From positions 1 through 39,640 of the IMG/VR virus record IMGVR_UViG_3300020598_000052: a stretch of 39,640 nucleotides of DNA; one strand, 5' to 3'. Below, in pieces: positions 33,965-39,640 of this stretch. A program made the position numbers and the translations under genes. The DNA comes from a virus (lineage: Duplodnaviria; Caudoviricetes). Numbering within the stretch: position 1 is the first letter of the stretch; each line of letters begins with the position of its first letter. The notes under the pieces were generated by a model. It did no database searches, was not told the origin of the DNA, and worked only from the letters and a program-made list of their open reading frames with translations.

Positions 33965-35511
33965 CCATCGAACACGCACCGCGCCTGGCCTATACCGACG
34001 ACAGCCACATTGAATTGGCGCCCCGGCCGCACGTAGACGATATTGCCGTCGACACGCTGGCCGCACAGCAGAAGGCCAGGATGGCCGAGAAGCGCGCGCA
34101 GGGCTTCAACGGTTGGGACGACCCGCGCCGCTGCTCGGTGGAGAAGCTGTCGATGCTCATGGCGCAGTCCATGTGCAAGGGCAAGGTGGTCGACGTGGCC
34201 AACTTCGCGGCCATGCTCCATAGCCGCGGCGCGGCACCTGAGCTGGTGGGCGAGCATGCCATGCGCTCGCTGCTGCGCGGCGCGCGCGAGCATCGCACAT
34301 CCGTCGCATCGCAGCTGCGCGTCATCCTCGCCGATGACAGCTACGCCTTCACCTTCCAGACCATGGCGCAGTACCGGACGGCCCTGCTCAAGGTGTTCGA
34401 CACCGTCGCCACGACCGAGGAACCGACGCCACAGGCCTGCACGCACTGCGGCGGCAGCGGCCGCCAGGAGGATGTTTTCGAGCAGGCTGAGAACCCCGTC
34501 TATGCGCTCGGCGAAGAACTGGTCAAGGCACAGGCCCCGGACGCCGACCCGCGTGCAGTCGATACGCTCATCGAGGCGCTGGACTGCACGCTACGCGAGC
34601 ACGGCTTCACGGTAGTACCGGCTGAGACTGAGCAGGCCACCGAGCAAGCGCGGCCGACGCAGGAGATCATCGCCGAAGCAATGGCCGAACATTGCGAGAG
34701 CAACGGCTATGCGGTTGCGCCCGAGGTGATTGAAAGCCTAGCGAAGCTCGTCGCACACATGGATGAGCCTGCTATTGCCGCGCCCGCCGCAGCAGAGGCG
34801 CAGCCCGCCGACATTGAGCGTGCGCTGTTTGAGTTGGTCAACAAGATCGACAGCGAGCTGGATACCGGCGATCTGCTGGCAGATGCAAGGCGAGCGTCGG
34901 CAGCGCTGGACGCAATCATGCATGGCGGCGACCTGGTGGCTAACGCATGGGAATTCTTCAAGACGGCAGGTCCCAATGCGAGACGTTACGAAACGTCCGT
35001 CGAATTCCGGATCGGCTGGAACGCCTGTCTTGATGCAATAGGCGAGGCGCGAAAGCAAGCCGCCCATTCCCGGCAGGCGCAAGGCGGGGCGCTGTCGGAT
35101 CAGCAGATCAGCGAAATCGCCAGCCGCCATTTCAGCTACGAATCCGATATGGCGACGATTACGGCGTTCGCCCGCGCCATCCTCTCCCGCGCCGGATCGG
35201 AGCCGCGCGCGGAGGAGCGCAAGGAAGCGCGCGTCATTTGCATCCGGGCCAAGGAGCTTCTCGACGCGCTGGAATTGGCCGCCCCCGACGCATGCCCGGA
35301 TGGGTTCGACCGCGAGCACGAGCAGATGGATACGGAACTGTGCATCGGTCGTCTAAAGGGAAGCCTGGATGACGACGGAAAGGACACTGGCCCCGGCCTC
35401 TTTGCCTGGTACTCCGAATACCCCGAGGAAGGCGTCATCCCCCTTCGCCTTGACAGTGAGGTTCGGGCCGAGATTGACGCCGCCCTCGCCGCGCAGAAGA
35501 AGGGGGCGTGA
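33961..35511 (+). CDS. Modular early-region hypothetical protein (ea/ead-like mosaic)
   Basis: 516 aa. N-terminal KRAQG..GWDD...VDVANFAAML module, a CTHCGGSG motif, Ala/Gln linkers, and shifts in codon style along the gene. Confidence 0.75.
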   Translation: MTIEHAPRLAYTDDSHIELAPRPHVDDIAVDTLAAQQKARMAEKRAQGFNGWDDPRRCSVEKLSMLMAQSMCKGKVVDVANFAAMLHSRGAAPELVGEHAMRSLLRGAREHRTSVASQLRVILADDSYAFTFQTMAQYRTALLKVFDTVATTEEPTPQACTHCGGSGRQEDVFEQAENPVYALGEELVKAQAPDADPRAVDTLIEALDCTLREHGFTVVPAETEQATEQARPTQEIIAEAMAEHCESNGYAVAPEVIESLAKLVAHMDEPAIAAPAAAEAQPADIERALFELVNKIDSELDTGDLLADARRASAALDAIMHGGDLVANAWEFFKTAGPNARRYETSVEFRIGWNACLDAIGEARKQAAHSRQAQGGALSDQQISEIASRHFSYESDMATITAFARAILSRAGSEPRAEERKEARVICIRAKELLDALELAAPDACPDGFDREHEQMDTELCIGRLKGSLDDDGKDTGPGLFAWYSEYPEEGVIPLRLDSEVRAEIDAALAAQKKGA

Positions 35512-35768
35512 TGGACAAGCGCACGCTTGACGAACTGACGCGCCTGCATTCGAACCTGACCACGTTCGGCGCCATCATCGCGGTCCTAGAGGGCGGCACG
35601 GTCTACGGTGGCGTCGCCAGCGAGAAGGCGGCAAACCGAATCATCGGCATCTGCAAGAAGGAAATGGAGCGCCTTGTCACCCGATACGACGACTTGCGCG
35701 CCTCCGAACTGGTCCTGACTCCGGCACAACCCGCCGCCTCAAAAGCGGCTGGAAGGAGCCGCCTATGA
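35508..35768 (+). CDS. Hypothetical protein
   Basis: Overlaps both neighbours by 4 bp. Confidence 0.7.
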   Translation: MMDKRTLDELTRLHSNLTTFGAIIAVLEGGTVYGGVASEKAANRIIGICKKEMERLVTRYDDLRASELVLTPAQPAASKAAGRSRL

Positions 35769-37570
35769 TCCGCGACCAGTTCCTGCTCGACATCAGCCAC
35801 GAACTCATCGTGGACAACTTCGCCGGCGGCGGCGGCGCCAGCTGCGGCATCGAGCTCGCGCTCGGCCGCCACGTCGATATCGCCATCAACCACGACCCCG
35901 AGGCCGTGGCCATGCACTCGATCAACCATCCTCAGACCGAACACCATTGCGAGTCGGTGTGGGACGTTGATCCGCTGGAGCTGACCCGCGGACGACCTGT
36001 TGGCCTGGCGTGGTTCTCCCCGGATTGCAAGCACTTCAGCAAGGCCAAGGGCGGCAAGCCGCGCGACAAGAAGATCCGCGGCCTCGCCTGGGTGGCGATG
36101 CGCTGGGCCGCGCTGGTGCGGCCGCGCGTCATCATCGTGGAGAACGTCGAGGAATTCCAGACGTGGGGGCCGGTGCTGGCCGACGGCACGCCCTGCCCTG
36201 TGCGCAAGGGCAAGACCTTCCGCAGCTTCGTCCACCAGCTGCAGGAGAAGGGCTACGCGGTCCAATGGCGAGAGCTACGCGCGTGCGACTACGGCGCGCC
36301 GACCATCCGCAAGCGGTTGTTCCTCATCGCCCGCTGCGATGGCAAGCCCATCGTCTGGCCGGAGCCCACGCACGGCGCGCCGGACAGCGCTGAGGTGAAG
36401 GCGCGGAAACGGAAGCCATGGCGCACCGCTGCCGAGTGCATCGACTGGTCAATCCCCTGCCCCTCGATCTTCGAGCGGGCCAGGCCGCTGGCCGAGGCCA
36501 CGCAGCGCCGCATTGCGCGCGGCCTGCGGCGCTACGTCATCGACGCGGCCAAGCCATTCATCGTCGGCATCGACCATCGCGGCTCCGGCACATCGCCGGT
36601 CTGGCCTGGCACGCAACCGATCACGACCATCACGGCCGAGGCTCGCCACGCCGTGGTCGCGCCGCACCTAACGAAGTTCCGCACCGGCTCGACCGGCGCC
36701 GACCTGCGCGATCCGATGCCGACGATCACCGCGGGCCCGAAGGAGAATCCGGCCGGCGCGCCGCACGCCCTTGGGATCGTGGCGACGACGCTGGTTCAGA
36801 CCGGATATGGCGAGCGCGCCGGCCAGGCGCCGCGCGCGCCGGGCTTGGACAAGCCGCTGGGCACTGTCGTCGCCGGCGGCGCCAAGCACGCCCTCGTGTC
36901 GGCCTTTCTGGCGAAGCACTACGGCGGGAACTACGACGGCCCGGGCGCCGGCCTGGAGGCGCCCGCGCATACCGTCACGACAACTGATCACCATGCCTTG
37001 GTGTCCGCGCAGCTCGTCGGCTGCGGCGGGCGGGCGGGACAGAGCCGCCCGCGGGACGCTGGCGAGCCGATGCAGACCATCACAGCAAAGGGCGACACGG
37101 CCATCACCACGTCGCACCTGGTAAAGCTCCGCGGCGAGTGCACGGGCAGCGCGGCGGACTCGCCGGCGCCGACGGTCACGGCCGGAGGCACGCACATCGG
37201 AGAGGTCCGCGCCTTCCTCGTGAAGTACTACAGCGAGGGAGGTCAGGATCAGGACTGCCGCGACCCGATGCACACCATCCCGACCAAGGACCGCCTAGGC
37301 CTGGTGACGGTCGCTGGCGCGCAATACCAGATCGCCGACATCGGCATGCGCATGCTGGAACCGCACGAGCTATACGCCGCGCAGGGCTTCCCGAGCAGCT
37401 ACGAGATCGCGCCGATCATCGACGGCCGCCGGCTACCGAAGCACGCGCAGGTCCGGATGTGCGGGAACAGTGTGAGCCCGCCGATGGCGGCGGCGCTGGT
37501 ACGTGCAAACGCGGCGGACCTAGCCAGCTGGTCGCCGACCGAGGCCAAACGTATTGGACTGGCCGCATGA
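35765..37570 (+). CDS. Orphan C5-cytosine DNA methyltransferase with expanded variable region
   Basis: Motif I DNFAGGGG, IV SPDC, VI ENV, VIII RKRLF, IX RMLEPHEL..AQGFP, X GNSV. Confidence 0.93.
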   Translation: MIRDQFLLDISHELIVDNFAGGGGASCGIELALGRHVDIAINHDPEAVAMHSINHPQTEHHCESVWDVDPLELTRGRPVGLAWFSPDCKHFSKAKGGKPRDKKIRGLAWVAMRWAALVRPRVIIVENVEEFQTWGPVLADGTPCPVRKGKTFRSFVHQLQEKGYAVQWRELRACDYGAPTIRKRLFLIARCDGKPIVWPEPTHGAPDSAEVKARKRKPWRTAAECIDWSIPCPSIFERARPLAEATQRRIARGLRRYVIDAAKPFIVGIDHRGSGTSPVWPGTQPITTITAEARHAVVAPHLTKFRTGSTGADLRDPMPTITAGPKENPAGAPHALGIVATTLVQTGYGERAGQAPRAPGLDKPLGTVVAGGAKHALVSAFLAKHYGGNYDGPGAGLEAPAHTVTTTDHHALVSAQLVGCGGRAGQSRPRDAGEPMQTITAKGDTAITTSHLVKLRGECTGSAADSPAPTVTAGGTHIGEVRAFLVKYYSEGGQDQDCRDPMHTIPTKDRLGLVTVAGAQYQIADIGMRMLEPHELYAAQGFPSSYEIAPIIDGRRLPKHAQVRMCGNSVSPPMAAALVRANAADLASWSPTEAKRIGLAA

Positions 37571-37630
37571 TCGACGCAGCAGCACGCATTATCGAATTGA
37601 CCCGCAAGGATTGGAATCTGGAGCACCAAG

Positions 37631-37966
37631 ATGGAAACCGCTGAATTGATCGACAAACTAGCCAATGCCCTCAAGGAGCGTATGCAGCCGGCCGTGCCGC
37701 TCTCCATCAAACTGTGGACAATCGAGATGATCGCCAACTATCTGAACCGCAATCCCGACGTGGTGCGGCAGCGTGTGGTCTGCCTACCCAGCTTCCCGCC
37801 GGCGATTCGGCTGCCGGCCGGCGAGACTGGCGTCGGCAAGCCGATGTGGAAGGCGTGCGAGGTCATCGAGTGGGTCGAGTCGCACAAGGAAACCGCGCCG
37901 CGCGGTGGCCGGCGCCGCTCGACTCAATCCAGCTTGGCAGCCAGATCCTCCGCCGTCGGCGCGTAG
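37631..37966 (+). CDS. Excisionase/AlpA-like recombination directionality factor
   Basis: LWTIEMIANYL......VRQRVVCLPSFPPAIRLP......MWKACEVIEW winged-helix pattern; convergent with int. Confidence 0.75.
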   Translation: METAELIDKLANALKERMQPAVPLSIKLWTIEMIANYLNRNPDVVRQRVVCLPSFPPAIRLPAGETGVGKPMWKACEVIEWVESHKETAPRGGRRRSTQSSLAARSSAVGA

Positions 37967-38925
37967 TAGACGTTCTGCAGGATGCGGAGATCGCGGTGGC
38001 CACTGATCTTCGCGAGCTCCATCACGTTGAATTTCTTGGCCAGCCGGGTCAGACCTTCCCGTCGCGAGTCGTGGAAGGTCAGCCCCTCGACCCCGGCCCT
38101 GTCCCTCGCCTTCCGGAACAGTGCGTCGAGCTGCGCGCTCGTCAGCCCGAATACCGTCCCTTCGAATTGATCTGCCAGCGGCTCGAGCTGCTCAATGATG
38201 CGCAGCGCGCGCGACGACAGCGGTACCGACCTGGCCGTGCCGTTCTTCGTCTTCGGAAGATACACATACCGCTTGTCCCGGAAAACGTGCTCGCGCCGGA
38301 TGCCGACAATCTCGCCCGCGCGCATGGCGGTCTCTATCGCGAACAGGTAGGCGGCGCCGCAGCGCGCGGTGGCCGTGGTCGGCGTCTCGTCCTGGTCGTA
38401 TCCCAAGGCGTGGCAGATGCGATCGATCTCATCCTGCGTTGGCCGACGCGAGCGCGGCTGCTCTTCCTTTGGTCGCGAAACGCCGCTGATGGGGCTCTCG
38501 TGAATCCACCCCCATTCCCGCTTGGCGGTCATGAAGCAGGCCGAGAACAGGTTGAGGTCGCGCGCAACGGTGCTGCCGGCGACCTGCTTGAGCCGCTTGT
38601 CACGCCACGCCGCCCAGTCGGCGGCACGCACGTCGATCAGCTTCTTCTCAGCCAGCTTCGGCTCGTCCCGAATCAGCGCCTCAACCCGGTTGTGCTCCCA
38701 GCGCGCGGCGCGCGGCGACTTCTTCGGCGAGACCAGGGTGACATAGCGACGCAGCAGGTCGGCGACTGTGTGGTCGGCGGTGACCTTGCCTGCCATGATT
38801 TTCGCCTCCTCGGCGGTCGCCCACGCCACGGCCTCGGCCTTCGTCTTGAAAGTGGCCGACGTGCGCACGCCCTTCCTCGCAACCTCTGCACGCCAGATGT
38901 TTCCGCGCTTCCGATAGCTCGCCAT
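37924..38925 (-). CDS. int: Tyrosine integrase
   Basis: N-terminal arm-binding domain; catalytic R (TAMRAGE), K (TKNG), HxxR (FHDSRRE), H (SGH) and Y (NVYY). Adjacent to the att site. Confidence 0.96.
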   Translation of the reverse strand: MASYRKRGNIWRAEVARKGVRTSATFKTKAEAVAWATAEEAKIMAGKVTADHTVADLLRRYVTLVSPKKSPRAARWEHNRVEALIRDEPKLAEKKLIDVRAADWAAWRDKRLKQVAGSTVARDLNLFSACFMTAKREWGWIHESPISGVSRPKEEQPRSRRPTQDEIDRICHALGYDQDETPTTATARCGAAYLFAIETAMRAGEIVGIRREHVFRDKRYVYLPKTKNGTARSVPLSSRALRIIEQLEPLADQFEGTVFGLTSAQLDALFRKARDRAGVEGLTFHDSRREGLTRLAKKFNVMELAKISGHRDLRILQNVYYAPTAEDLAAKLD

Positions 38926-38943
38926 CCGTCCCCCGGTTCAAAT

Positions 38944-38971
38944 TTACGCCACGGGCGTAAATCTGGCGTAG
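38944..38971. promoter_or_regulatory. Right att arm: three putative integrase arm-type sites
   Basis: Inverted TTACGCCA (38944), GGGCGTAA (38953), TGGCGTAG (38964). Confidence 0.7.
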
Positions 38972-39094
38972 CGGGTAGTTCCAGAATGCTCGGATAGGCC
39001 CGGTCACGCTCAGACGCAAATCGCCCGGCAGCCTAGATTCTACAAGGCGTTGCGCGGAAAAGTTCGGGGAGGCTCGGGGATACTAAAACGAGGG

Positions 39095-39115
39095 GTGGTC
39101 CCGCCGACAGGAATC
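39095..39115. repeat. att core, right copy (overlaps the tRNA 3' end)
   Basis: Identical to 2778-2798. Confidence 0.97.
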
Positions 39116-39170
39116 GAACCTGTATCTAGCGCTTAGGAGGCGCTCGTTCTATCCATTGAACTACGGCGAG
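39096..39170 (-). tRNA. tRNA-Arg (anticodon CCT)
   Basis: 75 nt. Acceptor stem CTCGCCG/CGGCGGG plus ACCA, anticodon arm AGCGC-CTCCTAA-GCGCT, T-loop GTTCGATTC. Confidence 0.98.
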
Positions 39171-39262
39171 CGGATAGCCGGGCATCGCTGCGACGCCCTG
39201 GGATGCGGTCACCGTTGAACCGGTGCAACCGCGCGCGCGGCCATCGGCCGAGGCAGGGGCGG

Positions 39263-39271
39263 AGTATAGCA
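39263..39271 (-). promoter_or_regulatory. Putative extended -10 promoter of the tRNA
   Basis: TGCTATACT followed by a GC-rich discriminator, about 90 nt upstream of the tRNA. Confidence 0.5.
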
Positions 39272-39311
39272 AAGTCACTTGGCGGGGAGCGTCTCGCCGG
39301 CACCCGGAAAT

Positions 39312-39497
39312 GTGCGATTTCGCGCCGAGCCGCGTCCCGGTTGCGATCTGGCGCGCAAACCGACGCCGCGGGTGCGATCTGTCGCGTGAATCCGCGTCAC
39401 GCGTGCGATCTGCCGCGCGTCTCCGCGTCGCGGGTGCTATTGAGCGCGCGGAGCCGCCTCGCGCAGGCGCCAACTGCCGCGCGGAGCCCGCGTCGTG
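39312..39497. repeat. Degenerate ~31-bp tandem repeat, 5-6 copies (host)
   Basis: Units starting GTGCGATYT-like at 39312, 39341, 39372, 39403, 39434 and about 39466. Confidence 0.7.
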
Positions 39498-39518
39498 CCT
39501 CCAACCCTCGCACAAATG

Positions 39519-39545
39519 AAAAGCCCGCCAATGTCCTGGCGGGCT
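39519..39545 (-). terminator. Intrinsic terminator (host)
   Basis: AGCCCGCCA-GGACAT-TGGCGGGCT followed by TTT. Confidence 0.75.
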
Positions 39546-39640
39546 GGCTGCGGACGGGCCGGGCAGTCTAGGTCGACGCTGGCGGCATCGCCACAAGCCA
39601 CGGTGCAGGTCCTCTTCCTCATGGTTCCGCCGATGTCGCG

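Larger units (their letters stand above)
2778..39115. mobile_element. Temperate prophage, apparently complete: HK97-like head, Mu-like contractile tail (SfV-like organisation), integrated in tRNA-Arg(CCT)
   Basis: Terminal 21-bp direct repeats, an integrase beside the tRNA, and immunity, replication, packaging, head, tail and lysis modules with no obvious disruptions. Confidence 0.97.

Noticed and set aside
35765-37570. Restriction-modification system
   Set aside because: No recognisable endonuclease nearby; the gene sits in the phage early operon as an orphan.
39312-39497. Possible CRISPR array
   Set aside because: Units are degenerate and contiguous with no unique spacers, and there are no cas genes.
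39546-39640. 3' end of a host gene before the terminator
   Set aside because: Too little sequence to pick a frame or product.

Overview
The window holds one apparently complete temperate prophage of about 36.3 kb (2778-39115). It is integrated at the 3' end of a tRNA-Arg(CCT) gene and bounded by a 21-bp direct repeat. The host is GC-rich and probably a Burkholderiaceae member (Cupriavidus/Ralstonia-like; inference only). Host flanks carry a Trk/Ktr potassium-uptake pair, a 9-bp VNTR, a secreted Gln/Pro-rich protein and degenerate ~31-bp repeats. The phage is an SfV-like mosaic: HK97-type cos packaging and head, a Mu-like contractile tail, a lambdoid cI/cro/cII switch with five readable operators, a Q/pR'/tR' late switch, holin, GH19 endolysin and embedded spanins, and a tyrosine integrase with an excisionase-like gene. 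The cargo most worth checking is: a LexA-box-controlled cassette of unknown genes just inside the left end, together with a second repressor-like HTH gene in the rexAB position; an AT-richer two-gene moron (triple-repeat mini-protein plus membrane-anchored helical protein); an O-acetyltransferase beside the tail fibre; a cytosine methyltransferase with seven tandem TRD-like repeats; an Rmf/CrpP-like mini-protein; and a dNMP-kinase homologue lacking the P-loop lysine. All family calls come from motif recognition and synteny; no database search was run.
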